Source of the DNA: Calditrichia bacterium
GTDB taxonomy: Bacteria; Calditrichota; Calditrichia; JAJRVZ01
Direction: 5' to 3'
NCBI GenBank assembly: GCA_963796965.1
Contig: CAWCNS010000016.1
Location: 96,001 to 160,000, forward strand
DNA: 64,000 nucleotides
The translations under genes were made by a program, and so were the position numbers. Shown in pieces: positions 1-11,403 of this stretch (positions are counted from its first letter, which is position 1; every line of letters starts with the position of its first letter). Below the pieces are notes generated by a model. It made no database searches and was not told where the DNA came from. It saw only the letters and a program-made list of their open reading frames with translations.

Positions 1-191
1 ATGTTGCAAATGAGGCAGCTAAGGGAATTGCACACGTATCCCTATCAACAGGTAAACCGGTCATATTTGGTGTTATCACAGCAGATTCTTTAGAACAGGC
101 GATAGAACGAGCTGGTACTAAAGCTGGGAATAAAGGTTGGGATGCGGCCCTAAGTGCCATTGAAATGACAGATTTGATGACAAAATTATAG
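1..191 (+). CDS. ribH: 6,7-dimethyl-8-ribityllumazine synthase, 3' part (truncated by window edge)
   Basis: Hand translation from position 3: [55 protein letters not shown], the typical RibH C-terminus. Confidence 0.95.
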   Translation, partial: VANEAAKGIAHVSLSTGKPVIFGVITADSLEQAIERAGTKAGNKGWDAALSAIEMTDLMTKL

Positions 192-323
192 TCATTATAC
201 TCTGAATTATTTTGATAGGGTATGTGAAATAAAACAGTATTATAATTTATAATGATTATTATTTTGTAAACATCTGGTCAAGACAACTCAATTTATTGAT
301 AATATTTTTTTGAGGTAGCAGCG

Positions 324-1463
324 ATGGAAAGAATTAAATTGCTGGTCCTAATATCTCTGATATTCAATTTTTCATTATTTGGACAGGAGATTGAAAATGT
401 TAATCATGTCATTGCTGCTATTGAGAAAGATAGATTCCATGGTTGGCCTGCCAATAATGGTGCCTGGCATTGGGAAGATGAGATATTAGTCGGGTTTACC
501 CAGGGCGATTTTAAGGTTAAAGAAGGACATACGATTACAGGAATTCAGGAGAGTAAATTTGCCAGAAGTTTAGATGGCGGTGAAACCTGGAAAATGTTTG
601 ACCCGGAGAACTTTCTGGATGATGAAAATATAAAATGGCTGCCTAACGGTAAAAAAAATATAGAGAAGCCAATGGATTTCAAGAATACCGGATTTGCCAT
701 GCGGATCTTTGCCAGCGGCTATCATGGCAATGATGATCCGGAGGGTGGATTCTACTATTCATATGACCGGGGTGCTAATTGGAATGGACCATATTTTTTA
801 GGGAAGGTTAATGACGATCCGGAACTAAAAGGAAAGACACTCACCCCTCGTACCGATTATATTGTCATGGATAAGCAGACGTGTTTTATTTTTATCACAG
901 CAAAAGAGAACAGAAAAGTTAAAACCAGTAGGATAGCTTGCATTCAGACCAGAGACGGTGGCATTAGTTTTGAATTTATTGCCTGGGTTACACCCTTAGA
1001 TGGAAACAGCAATGCTATCATGCCCAATACAGTGCAGCTATCCGACAATAAATTTGTATTGACCTTCCGAAATATTAATGTGGACAAATCACAACTGGAA
1101 AGCACCATTGATGCTTATGTGTCCAATAATCGATGCCGTTCCTGGCAGTTTCTCAGCACCATTAAAGAGATTAAAAACAATTCCAATCCTCCGGCAATTG
1201 TCAAACTCCGGGATGGAAGACTATGCTGTATTTATGGTGATCGGGATAACCTGTTCATTGGTGGAAAATACAGCGAGGATGAGGGCAAGACCTGGAGTGA
1301 AGAGTTTATTATTCGCAATGATTTTAAAGGGCTGGGCGATTGGGGCGATATGGGTTATCCCAGATTGGTCCAAAGAACAGACGGCAAACTTGTTGCTATG
1401 TATTATTGGGCAACCGCAGATCATCCTCAGCAGCATATCGCCGCGTCGATCTGGATGCCCTAG
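324..1463 (+). CDS. Secreted sialidase-like / BNR Asp-box beta-propeller protein
   Basis: Signal peptide; Asp boxes SLDGGETW, SYDRGANW, TRDGGISF, SEDEGKTW; DMGYP motif. Confidence 0.8.
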   Translation: MERIKLLVLISLIFNFSLFGQEIENVNHVIAAIEKDRFHGWPANNGAWHWEDEILVGFTQGDFKVKEGHTITGIQESKFARSLDGGETWKMFDPENFLDDENIKWLPNGKKNIEKPMDFKNTGFAMRIFASGYHGNDDPEGGFYYSYDRGANWNGPYFLGKVNDDPELKGKTLTPRTDYIVMDKQTCFIFITAKENRKVKTSRIACIQTRDGGISFEFIAWVTPLDGNSNAIMPNTVQLSDNKFVLTFRNINVDKSQLESTIDAYVSNNRCRSWQFLSTIKEIKNNSNPPAIVKLRDGRLCCIYGDRDNLFIGGKYSEDEGKTWSEEFIIRNDFKGLGDWGDMGYPRLVQRTDGKLVAMYYWATADHPQQHIAASIWMP

Positions 1464-1638
1464 TTGAGCATCATCCAAATACCCTCTCCTGCATTTAAAA
1501 CATGATTATTAAGTAGAGCGTGGAGCCTACAGATAGAAGCCTTGGTTCGATATCTAATATTCAATAATCAATGTTCAATTTTAGAATTTCATATATACTC
1601 TGCAAAAAAGAATATCATCCGTATCCTATTCCCGTGAT

Positions 1639-1662
1639 AAAATGAAAGCAAGAATCGGGTGG
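1639..1662 (+). promoter_or_regulatory. Possible Ada-box-like operator
   Basis: AAAATGAAAGCAAGAATCGGGTGG about 70 bp upstream of the ada-like gene; resembles the E. coli ada site AAAGCGCAAGATTG. Confidence 0.35.
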
Positions 1663-1728
1663 AAGAAAGATGTCATCTTTGTAAATTATGATAAATATTA
1701 AGCAGTCATGTAAAAAGGATGGATTAAG

Positions 1729-2577
1729 ATGACAGAAATTTTTGCCCGGAATGCCCTTGATTACCAGCGGGTAGAAGAAATTATCCTCTATATCGAAGAA
1801 AATTTTAAACACCAGCCGGAATTAAAAGATGTTTCTCAACATATTGGTTTAAGTGAATTTCACCTCCAGCGATTGTTTAAACGCTGGGTCGGTATTAGCC
1901 CGAAAAGATTTCTCCAATATCTCACCAAAGAATACGCCAAATCTTTATTACGAAATTCAGAGAATATTTTATCAACAACCTATGCCAGTGGACTTTCCGG
2001 ACCAGGCAGATTACATGATTTATTTGTTAAATGTGACGCTGTTACACCGGGAGAGTATAAAATGATGGGGCAAAATCTGGATATATTTTATGGCATTCAT
2101 CAAACACCTTTTGGAGGTTGTCTGGTTGCCCAGACGGAGAGGGGGATTTGTGGACTTTTTTTCCTTCAGAAAAACAATGGATCCAGATATATTCAACGCC
2201 TTGAAAACGACTGGCCAAATGCCACAATTATAAATGATTTGCAAAAAACAGAAGGCACAGTAAAACATATATTTAACTTTGCCAATTGGGATAAGAAACA
2301 ACCCTTAACTCTCTTTCTCCAGGGTACAAATTTTCAAGTCAAGGTCTGGGAAGCTTTGTTAAAAATTCCTCAGGGCAATGCGGTTGCTTATGAGGATATC
2401 GCGAAATCCATAGGCAATCCCAAAGCGGTGAGAGCCGTTGGTTCTGCTGTGGCTAAAAATCCTGTCTCTTTTATCATTCCCTGTCACCGGGTCATCAGAA
2501 AATATGGGGATTATGGTAATTATCAGGGAGGTCCGGCTCGGAAGAAGGCGCTATTGGCCTGGGAGGCGGCTTGTTAG
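1729..2577 (+). CDS. AraC-HTH plus methylated-DNA--protein-cysteine methyltransferase (Ada/Ogt-like, no N-terminal Zn domain)
   Basis: AraC HTH (LSEFHLQRLFKRWVGISPKRF), GTNFQVKVW, active site IPCHRV. Confidence 0.9.
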   Translation: MTEIFARNALDYQRVEEIILYIEENFKHQPELKDVSQHIGLSEFHLQRLFKRWVGISPKRFLQYLTKEYAKSLLRNSENILSTTYASGLSGPGRLHDLFVKCDAVTPGEYKMMGQNLDIFYGIHQTPFGGCLVAQTERGICGLFFLQKNNGSRYIQRLENDWPNATIINDLQKTEGTVKHIFNFANWDKKQPLTLFLQGTNFQVKVWEALLKIPQGNAVAYEDIAKSIGNPKAVRAVGSAVAKNPVSFIIPCHRVIRKYGDYGNYQGGPARKKALLAWEAAC

Positions 2578-2581
2578 CCGG

Positions 2582-2662
2582 GAGAGTAGAGCGTGAAGCG
2601 AAGAGCGAATAGCGAAGAGAGAGCAGCGAAGAGTATAAAGAGTATCTTCACTCTTCGCTCCT
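2582..2662. repeat. Degenerate heptamer tandem array (GAGCGAA-type) with a short inverted partner
   Basis: GAGAGTA GAGCGTG AAGCGAA GAGCGAA TAGCGAA GAGAGAG CAGCGAA ... CTCTTCGCTC. Confidence 0.7.
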
Positions 2663-2672
2663 CATTATATGC

Positions 2673-2871
2673 TTATGATTTTTTTCCTTTACCAATGGTC
2701 GAGAATTTAAACGGAACATAAGCAGGACACCATCCCACAAAGCTCGGTGGCCAGAGGAATCAGCCCAATCCAACCCCAGGGTGTCTGTGGTCCCACAAAT
2801 ACGAGTGAAATTAATACCAGGCCAACAATTATCCGCAAAGTTTTGTCAATACTACCCATATTCTTTGTCAT
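2673..2871 (-). CDS. DUF2892 (YgaP-like) small membrane protein, one frameshift
   Basis: MTKNMGSIDKTLRIIVGLVLISLVFVGPQTPWGWIGLIPLAT / FVGWCPAYVPFKFST..; GGAG RBS; span is 199 nt, so one extra base. Confidence 0.85.
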
Positions 2872-2915
2872 AATTTTCTCCTTAATTATTTGTAAAATGA
2901 ATATAATGAATTTTA

Positions 2916-3093
2916 GTCCACGAATTACACGAATTTTCTGAATATAATATTAACAACTTCAATAGATGCTTTTTAATAGTATTATACTTATATGGTTTAG
3001 ATTTGGGTACAATTTTGATTAAATCTACTACAAAAGAAGTCATCATGTACAAAATTTTTGTGAAAATTCGTGTAATTCGTGTAATTCGTGGAC
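2916..3093. mobile_element. Gene-less MITE-like element with inverted ends made of 9-mers (ACACGAATT)
   Basis: GTCCACGAATTACACGAATT at 2916-2935 and its perfect reverse complement at 3074-3093; AT-rich interior. Confidence 0.6.
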
Positions 3094-3219
3094 CATGTTT
3101 TAATAATGAGTCAAATACCACAGCAGGAATTTATCTTTTTGCTCCTGTAAAAGAAATATAATAAGTTTAGAGATAAATTTATGTAAAATTGATTACTCTT
3201 TTTAGAATAAGGGCTTTAA

Positions 3220-4130
3220 ATGTCAATCCGATTCGAAAATATCAATTGTCTACTTTGTAACTCTTTAGAACAGAATGTCCTATACAAAGATGTTCCCGAC
3301 AGATTCTCAATTAAAGACAAGCATAATGTCGTGCGCTGTAATCGTTGCGGTTTTACATTTCTTGCACCCCGTCCTATGGAAGATGAAATGGCTAAATTTT
3401 ATGATTTGGCTGATTATCAACCCCACAATCTTTCAGAATCGTCTTTCTTTGACCGTCTTTACGGATTTATACGAAACAGAAACTCAGTCAATAAAAGAAA
3501 GTTAATACAAAAATATGTTAAATCTGGAAATATTTTGGACATCGGTTGCGGAACGGGTGATTTCCTTTCAGAGATGAAATCAGCAGAATGGTCCATTAAG
3601 GGGATGGAGACGGCACCCGAGGCACGGAAAATTGCAGAAACAAAAGATATTGAGGTTTTAGATGAATTGTGGAAAGTTGAGGATAACTTTGATGTGATTA
3701 CCATGTGGCATGTTCTGGAACATGTGCATCGTGTTGAAAATCTGTTTGAAAATATTAAGCGTTTACTCAAACCTGGTGGCTATCTAATTCTGGCTGTACC
3801 AAATATTGAAAGCTGATGATGCCCGACATTATAAAAATGCCTGGGTGGCTTTAGATGCGCCCCGCCATCTCTATCATTTTCGGCCGGAAGATATTTCTCA
3901 GTTGCTTCAGCAGAACGATCTGGATATAAAAAAGATCAGTTCCCTGCTTTATTTCGATCCCTGGTATAACGCTCTTTTATCGGCAAAAATTAAAGCTGAG
4001 ATAAATGAAAAGAGAAATTTGCGATATCTATTTGGGGCACTCGCTGTAGCTAAACTATCCTTTTTTAATGGCCTCCTTACTAAGCTCGAAATGCTCTAGC
4101 CCAGTTTTCATTGCAAAGATGAAAGGGTGA
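3220..4130 (+). CDS. Class I SAM-dependent methyltransferase with N-terminal CxxC..CxxC; two frameshifts (~3813, ~4085)
   Basis: ILDIGCGTG, ITMWHVLEHV, LDAPRHLYHF across ORFs 3220-3816 and 3806-4099; tail KCSSPVFIAKMKG* ends at 4130. Confidence 0.85.
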
Positions 4131-4186
4131 AAAGAGAAGAGCGAGGAGAGAAGAGCGTGAATCGTCGCGATGCGATTTATCGCGTC
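4131..4186. repeat. Purine-rich heptamer run followed by a REP-like palindrome
   Basis: AAAGAGAAGAGCGAGGAGAGAAGAGCGTG, then GTCGCGATGCGATTTATCGCGTC (4164-4186). Confidence 0.55.
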
Positions 4187-4560
4187 GACCAATAAAATTT
4201 AAAATAAATATTTTATAATCAACATGGCACATTCCATATACAAGAATTTTAATTCTGAATTGTGAAAACTGAGTAGAGAATTATTATACGGCGTACCAAC
4301 GGGAAAACAAAGCAGTAAAATAACAATTTTCCCAATCATTGAATTGAAATAAATCAGATTTTTATTGTTTTCCCGCCCTCATATTCATATCTTGGTTTTA
4401 TTTAACTCCTATCAATCTAATATTTTCTACTTCAGAATAATTCTGAAAACCGTTTTCATATATTAAATTTGTGTAATCAGTCCACAAGGGCTTGTTCTGG
4501 AAATGAGGTGTTTCAGGGAACACAATTCGACAATTATCTTTCATGCTTGCCAGTACGTAG

Positions 4561-4635
4561 GCAAATGGTATTTACTATTATTGATTTAATGTGGGTGACT
4601 TTCAGGATGTGAAGAAGATGATAATGCTTAGGTGA
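4561..4635 (+). pseudogene. Orphan remnant of a T9SS/Por-type C-terminal sorting domain tail
   Basis: Translates ANGIYYY*FNVGDFQDVKKMIMLR*, matching the GVYxY..GDFxxVKKMILLR-type tail; no upstream ORF. Confidence 0.65.
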
Positions 4636-4754
4636 CGTTGCTTACATGGTGATCCGTATCCCCATTTCAAGTGAGTATCCTTTATCATTTATATAAAGGT
4701 TCATATCCAACCTTACCAATAATAAGAGTCGTTTTTTCTTGAGAGGATGATCCT

Positions 4755-4994
4755 ATGACTGATATTAAAGAGGTTGTTGACTATCTTGTAAAACAGATAG
4801 TCGATAGTCCAAATGAGGTTGAGATAACTGAGAAGAGCGGTGAACATGTAATTATATTTGAAATCCATGCCAAGAAACAGGATTTTGGGAAAATACTTGG
4901 AAAACAAGGAAGAAATATACAAGCGATTAGAACACTTGTAAACGCTGTTTCTGCACAAGCGGGAAAAAGAGCAATAATCGAAGTAATTGAGTAG
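4755..4994 (+). CDS. khpA: KH domain RNA-binding protein
   Basis: 79 aa, DFGKILGKQGRNIQAIRT (GxxG loop); GAGAGG RBS. Confidence 0.9.
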   Translation: MTDIKEVVDYLVKQIVDSPNEVEITEKSGEHVIIFEIHAKKQDFGKILGKQGRNIQAIRTLVNAVSAQAGKRAIIEVIE

Positions 4995-4997
4995 ATT

Positions 4998-5028
4998 AAA
5001 AAAGGGTCGCGTTACCGCAACACCGGCC
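4998..5028 (-). terminator. Probable intrinsic terminator on the minus strand
   Basis: rc GGCCGGTGTTGCGGTAACGCGACCCTTTTTT; close sequence match to the rpmA terminator. Confidence 0.5.
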
Positions 5029-5364
5029 AATATGCCTAAACTCAATAAAAACAATGACTACGTATAGGTGTCTATTGGTGACAGATAGACACCTATCATT
5101 CCATACAATTCCGAATATTTCCATACATATCCACACCATCGGTTGCCACCTATCTGCCACCGGAGCATAATTTATATTCATGTGGAAGTACCGCCGTGGA
5201 CATAAGGCATGAAGAATTAGTGGTTGAAATTTTACCAATATAAGATATATCCGATTTCTATTGCATCAACGATTACATTTTTATAGTTTACAACAATAAT
5301 AGTCTCAAGTTCCTTCCCTTAGTATAAAACAACATACGCACTCTTTTCAACCAGGTAATTCTAT

Positions 5365-7985
5365 ATGATCGGAAAAACCGTTTTTCATTATATGATCACC
5401 GGGAAAATCGGTGAAGGTGGTATGGGTGTTGTTTATAAAGCCGAAGACACAAAACTCAAGCGTAATGTTGCTTTAAAATTCCTGCCCCCTGAATTTACCC
5501 GCGATCCGGAGGCAAAAAAGCGTTTTCTTCATGAAGCCCAGGCTGCTTCCTCCTTACAGCATCGAAATATCTGTACCATTCATGAAATCGACGAAACCAG
5601 CGAAGGGCAGGTTTTTATCTCAATGGATTTCTATAAGGGAGAATCCCTTAGCGAGAAAATCAGCCGTAGACCTTTGCCACTTAATGAAACCATTGATATT
5701 GCTTCTCAAATAGCACGGGGATTGAACAGTGCCCATAAAGTGGGAATTGTCCATCGGGATATTAAACCGGCAAATATCCTGATTACAGAACAAAATGAGG
5801 TAAAGATAATCGATTTCGGATTAGCTAAATTGACTGACAGATCGAAGGTCACGCGTTCCGGTACAACGTTGGGCACGGTTGCCTATATGTCCCCGGAACA
5901 GTTACAAGGAAAAAAAGTTGATCAACGTAGCGATATCTGGTCGTTGGGTGTGCTGATGTATCAGATGATCACGGGAATCCTTCCCTTCAAGGGTGAATAT
6001 GAGCAGGCGTTATCTTATGCAATATTGAATAAAGAACCGGAACCAATTACGGCACTTCGCACAGGTGTGCCCCAGGAACTGGAGTGGATTGTCATGAAGA
6101 TCCTGGCAAAGGATCCGGGACACCGCTACCAGCATGCGGATGAGCTGCCAGTAGATCTACAATCGGTAGAGGTGGGTGATAATGTCGTCTCCCGTCATAT
6201 CTACTAAGAAGAGCCTAACCTCGCTTAAATTACGAGTAATGCGAGGGAAAACAGTAATAGGGATGTTGTTTGTTGGATTTTTCATCGGTGTAATTCTGAC
6301 AAGCGTTTTATTAAGATTGAACAGTACAGAGGTTGAGCCGGTTCTAGATGTGATGCGATTTCCTATATTCAGCTTCACTACCTAATGTATGATCCATGGC
6401 TTGCTATTTCACCAGACGGAAAACAAATTATTTATCAAGGTGCGAACAACGAGGATCTTTACCGATGGCCTCTAAACCAGCTGGAAGATCAATTCCTTGG
6501 AATAAAGGGGCGGAAACAATTTTTCTCACCGGATGGCCGTTGGCTTTGCTATCAGGCTGATGGGAAGAATACTTTATAAAATATCGGTTGAAGGAGGGCT
6601 TCCGATTCCTCTGACAAAATTACACAAATACATCTAAGAGGGGCCTTTTGGGGTTTTGATGAACGAATTATTTTTGCCGTAAGAGAAAATCTTTACATGG
6701 TAGACACCGACGGATCAAATCCACACATGATCGCCAAACCTCATGCCGGTAAAATAAGATATCCAGCCCCCCTGCCCGGTGGCAAATCCATTCTATGTAC
6801 AGTTTGGCACGGGATACTTGAGCAAGCGCAAATCGGTTTATTAGATCTGGAGACTGATAGTTTAGAGGTGCTGGTCGAAAGAGGCACATCTCCGGTTTAT
6901 ACGCATTCCGGTCATATCGTTTATGCCAATCAGGATGGTGTCCTCATGGCTAGTCCCCTTTGATGTCACTAGTCAAAAAGTTACAGGGAGATCCGTACCC
7001 ACCTCCATCGTTGTAGATCAGAGACCATTAGCAGGAGATTCATTTTATTCGCTTTCCAGCAACGGAATACTTGTCTATGTCCCACTCTAATATTGTTCTA
7101 AGATACTGTCGTCGAGGTAGATCGAAAAGGTAATGAAAAAATCCTGATTTCGGAACCCAGACAATTATGAACATCCACGTTATTCACCGGATGGCAAACA
7201 ATTACTTGTTCAGATTAAAGATAAAGGAAAATTTATTATCTGGATTTATGATATTGAAAGTGGCAGCTGGTTTTCTCATATCGCTATTGATGATAATCAA
7301 CGAAATCCCGAATGGCACCCGGATGGCAAGTCGATAATATTTTCTACATTGGGTATGCCTGATTTTAACCTGTATAGAATTTCAGCAGATGGTACCAGTA
7401 AATTAGATACACTTTATACTGCCACAGAGTATCATGGCTTTAACTCTATTTCCCCCGATGGGAAATGGCTTTTTCTTATAACCCATACACAAAAGACAAA
7501 AATGGATATATGCAGACTTCCCTACGGTGAAAAGTCCAAACCTCAAATAGTGATCCAGACGCTTTTTGACGAGGAGGCGGCAACGCTTTCTCCTAATGGG
7601 CACTGGCTGGCCTATCATTCAGAAACAACCAGGAAGTATGATGTATATATCCGATCTTTCCTGGATAAAAGCAAAGAAGCAATAAAAATTTCCAAGGAAG
7701 GTGGCTGGCTACCCGTATGGCATGCCGATGGAAAAGAATTATACTATCAATTTGTGGAATAAGATTTATGCGGTTAAGATTACAGATGATCCGGAATTTA
7801 AGAAAAGTGAACCACATCTATTATTTGAAAGAGAAATAGGTACTGGGGGGGGGGGTAGAAACTGGGATATACACCCGGATGGGAAAAGATTTGTTATGAT
7901 CAAAGGTGGTGAAAAAAAGCCGAATCGTATGAATGTTGTTATAAACTGGTTTGAGCAATTAAAGAGGCTCGCACCGGTACATTGA
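5365..7985 (+). pseudogene. Ser/Thr protein kinase + TM + TolB/PD40 beta-propeller fusion, broken by about 8 frameshifts (error or decay)
   Basis: Kinase motifs GEGGMG, ALK, HRDIKPAN, DFG, YMSPE; TM VIGMLFVGFFIGVILTSVLL; repeated SPDG/HPDG motifs; C-terminal VVINWFEQLKR. Confidence 0.85.
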
Positions 7986-8046
7986 TAAAAAGAATAAATC
8001 CATTTAAAACATAATGAAAATTCAATAAAAGAGGCTTGGCTATCGG

Positions 8047-9589
8047 ATGTCTGTAACGAACGATGAGGTGATGGTAATAGCTAATCTCAGGCAAGCGGTT
8101 GATGAACTCTCCTTTCTGAATAAATTATCTAACACAATTAGTTCGACACTTGATGTTCAGGAGATTATGGCGACGATCATAACCAGTTCTATTAAAGTAA
8201 TTGATGTAGAACAAGGTACGATTATGCTTTTGGAAGAAAAAACAAAATTATCATTTAAAACCCTTATACGCGGTGTTGATGAGAAATATCACGGTAAACT
8301 CTATAAACTTGGTGATTATCTGTTCGGTTGGATGATTGAAAACCAGCGGCTATTGCTTGTAAATGACACATCCAATAATGAACATGTAAAAGGGCTGGAA
8401 GCAAGAGAAAGCGGCATATTATCCCTGCTAAGCATACCCTTACTTTTTAGGGGCCAATTAATCGGATCAATCAATCTGTACAACAAAAAAGGTGAGAATC
8501 AATTTTCTGAAAGCGATCAGAGACTTATGTCCATCATCGCTTCCCAGGTGGCATCCTTTTTAGCCAATGCCAGATCTTTTGAACAGGTTCAGGAATCAAG
8601 AGATGTGCTCCAGAGACAAACCATTAATCTCCAAAAAGAAGTGGGTTCAGGTTATGGATTTAACGGTTTTATCGGTGAAAGTGCACAAATTTTAGAAATA
8701 CAGGATAAAATTAAAATCCTGTGCCGATAGCGCGGCTAACGTATTGATAACCGGTGAGACCGGAACTGGTAAAGAACTCGTTGCAAAAATGATTCATTAC
8801 AACAGTGATCGAAAAAATAAGTTATTTATTGATGTGAATGCGGCGGCTATTCCGGATAATCTTATCGAAAGTGAATTTTTTGGTATAGAAGAGGGTGTTG
8901 CTACAGGTGTGAATAAACGAATTGGATTATTTGAACAAGCCAATGGCGGCACAATTTTTATCGATGAAATTAGTGATATGAGTATGGCTTCCCAGGCAAA
9001 AATTCTTCGTGTTCTGGAAGAGCATAAAATTCGTCGCGTGGGCAGCAATTATAATAAAGATATTGATGTCCGGGTCATTGTAGCAACTAATAAGAATCTT
9101 AAGGAAGAGGTTAATCTCAAAAAATTTCGTGAAGATTTATACTATCGTCTATGCGTTTTAGAGATTCAGCTGCCTCCTCTTCATGAACGACGAGAGGATA
9201 TTCCACGATTAATCGATCATTTTGTGCGAAAATTCTCCATAAAAGCGGGAAAAGTGGTCAATGGATTTACCGATGAAGCAGTAAATGCAATGGTGAGTTA
9301 TAATTGGCCAGGTAATATCCGCGAATTGGCAAATGTGGTGGAACGGTCGATAATAATAACAAAGGAACCTGAAATAGGATTAGAATATTTGACTCCGGAA
9401 ATTAAGCCGGCTGACGGATCACTATTTAACCCTGGGGATTCGTTCGATGAAGCTCTCAAGAATTTTAAGATCCATCTGATTACCAAAGCACTTCGGAAAT
9501 CGGGAAATAATAAAGCGGAGGCGGCACGGAATTTAAATATCAGCAAAGGATATCTATTCAGATTATTGAAACAATTTGATTTAAAATAG
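8047..9589 (+). CDS. GAF-domain sigma54-dependent transcriptional activator, frameshift ~8725
   Basis: GAF, Walker A GETGTGKE, loop-1 variant GVATGV, FIDEI, WPGNIREL, Fis-type HTH. Confidence 0.9.
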
Positions 9590-9691
9590 CATTTTCCTCA
9601 TAAATTCTTTATAAAATCATCTCTCAACCAGTAAAAACCTGGCTAAAAAAACACAGTTTATGGTTATAATAGCATAACGTAACAATACCGC

Positions 9692-9857
9692 AAATGAAAA
9701 ATGTCCAATGCCCAAATCTAAATGACAAATCAAATCCCAATGTCTCAAATTTAAATAGTTACTGATTTATTTATGTGTATGGATTTTGATCTTCGTTTGA
9801 TTCTAAAATTTGGACATTTGTCATTCTTTTGTAATTGGGATTTTGACATTGGGCATT
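9692..9857. repeat. Inverted repeat built from heptamers (AATGTCC/AATGACA type), gene-less
   Basis: Left AATGTCC AATGCCC AAATCTA AATGACA..; right arm rc AATGCCC AATGTCA AAATCCC AATTACA.. AATGTCC AAATTT. Confidence 0.7.
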
Positions 9858-9976
9858 AATATAAACTTATCTCCGATTTTACTGTAGTGAATAATACCGG
9901 TTAGATTTTATCAAACCCTATCCTACTTAAATATCCCTCAGACTTAGGTAAATCCTGTTTATCCAAATAACACCTA

Positions 9977-10028
9977 ACCGTCTACAAATGTAGACGGTGC
10001 TGTTAAGCACGCATCTACAATATATGAC
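9977..10028. promoter_or_regulatory. Candidate upstream activator (enhancer) sites
   Basis: Perfect palindrome ACCGTCTACA-AA-TGTAGACGGT (9977-9998) plus degenerate copy CATCTACAATATATGAC; 100-150 bp upstream of a sigma54 promoter. Confidence 0.6.
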
Positions 10029-10130
10029 TATCCCAAATTAGTAAATATTTCTAAATGAATATACCTAACCTTTTGTTATTTAGACGATCATCAAGGTTAA
10101 ATAGAGATATCACAATACCATAAATAGAAA

Positions 10131-10146
10131 TGGTATATTGTTTGCA
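10131..10146 (+). promoter_or_regulatory. sigma54 -24/-12 promoter
   Basis: TGGTATATTGTTTGCA: GG-N10-GC with TTGCA. Confidence 0.75.
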
Positions 10147-10432
10147 TAAGATACCTTCAGAGAAACTTAATCACTCTGGAGGTTGTCATGACCTATCGCA
10201 TACTATTTCTTTCAAAAGCCTGAATCAGATGTATCATTACCGGTTGGTTGATCGTTAAATTTGCAGATGAAGTAATACGATTGGAGATCATGATTCCTGA
10301 TATCTAAGGCAACAATGATCAATTTAGTGAAATGCAAACGGAACCAACCTTTGCTGCGGATAGCAGAGGAATTTTATTATATCATGACAGCATAAAGCTG
10401 CTAAAACCACTTATTTAAAAGGAGATAATGCT

Positions 10433-11389
10433 ATGAAAATTTCAAAGTACTTCAACGTTGTATCCCTTTCATTTTTAGGATTCCTGTTAATTATCGGGTG
10501 CAGTGAAAAACAAATGGCACCCACAGAAACGGGTCAGGTGCAGGAACAGGTTGCCCTGGAAAAGAAGTCTTTACCCTCTGGGCCAAAGATTCTGTTTACA
10601 AGCAATCGTGACGGCAACCAGGAGATTTACGTCATGAAAGGCGATGGTTCTAATCCGAAACGCCTGACGAATACTCCTGAGAATGAAAATTGGCCGCGTT
10701 GGTCTCCCGACAGGGAAAAAATTGCCTATAATATCAATCATGAAAACAAGAGGGATATCTATGTTATGAATGCTGATGGATCCGGGCAAACAAAACTGAC
10801 TAATAATCCTTGGTGGGATTATTATCCGAGTTTTTCTCCTGATGGCGATAAGATTGCCTTCACAACCTGGCGGGATGGCAACCGCGAGGTTTACGTTATG
10901 AATGTCGATGGTTCCGGGAAGACGAATCTGACAAATAATCCGGCTAGCGACGGTGATCAAAGTTGGTCCCCTAACGGTGAAAAGATTGCCTTCAATAGTA
11001 ATAGAGACGGCAATCCGGAAATTTATGTCATGAATGCCGATGGATCTGATCAAATCCGTCTGACGGACCAACCGGGTATGGATGCCTGGCCGAGTTGGTC
11101 CGCTGACGGTGAAAAAATTGCTTTCAGTAGTAGTAGAGACGGCAATATGGAGATCTACATCATGAATGCCGACGGATCTGATCCAACCCGTCTGACGGAT
11201 CATCCCGATTGGGACGCTTGGGCGAGTTGGTCTCCTAACGGGAAAAGGCTGGTGTTTTGTAGATATGATTCCGGGAACTATGAGATTTTTGTCATAAATG
11301 CCGATGGATCTGAACCAACGAACCTGACAAATAATTCGCCTCTCGAATTAGATCCCCATTGGGGCTTCTTCGGCACTTGTGAAGATTAA
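10433..11389 (+). CDS. TolB-like PD40-repeat beta-propeller lipoprotein
   Basis: Lipobox LIIGC; six repeats of WSPDGxKIAF-S-RDGNxEIYVMNADGS. Confidence 0.9.
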   Translation: MKISKYFNVVSLSFLGFLLIIGCSEKQMAPTETGQVQEQVALEKKSLPSGPKILFTSNRDGNQEIYVMKGDGSNPKRLTNTPENENWPRWSPDREKIAYNINHENKRDIYVMNADGSGQTKLTNNPWWDYYPSFSPDGDKIAFTTWRDGNREVYVMNVDGSGKTNLTNNPASDGDQSWSPNGEKIAFNSNRDGNPEIYVMNADGSDQIRLTDQPGMDAWPSWSADGEKIAFSSSRDGNMEIYIMNADGSDPTRLTDHPDWDAWASWSPNGKRLVFCRYDSGNYEIFVINADGSEPTNLTNNSPLELDPHWGFFGTCED

Positions 11390-11403
11390 GCCTGAGATAT
11401 TGG

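Noticed and set aside
10188..10396. GGAGG-ATG start just after the sigma54 promoter
   Set aside because: Stops after 11 codons with no recognisable product; could be a decayed gene but cannot be supported
10571..11203. 210-aa minus-strand ORF and similar overlapping ORFs across the window
   Set aside because: Shadow frames of well-supported genes on the other strand or frame
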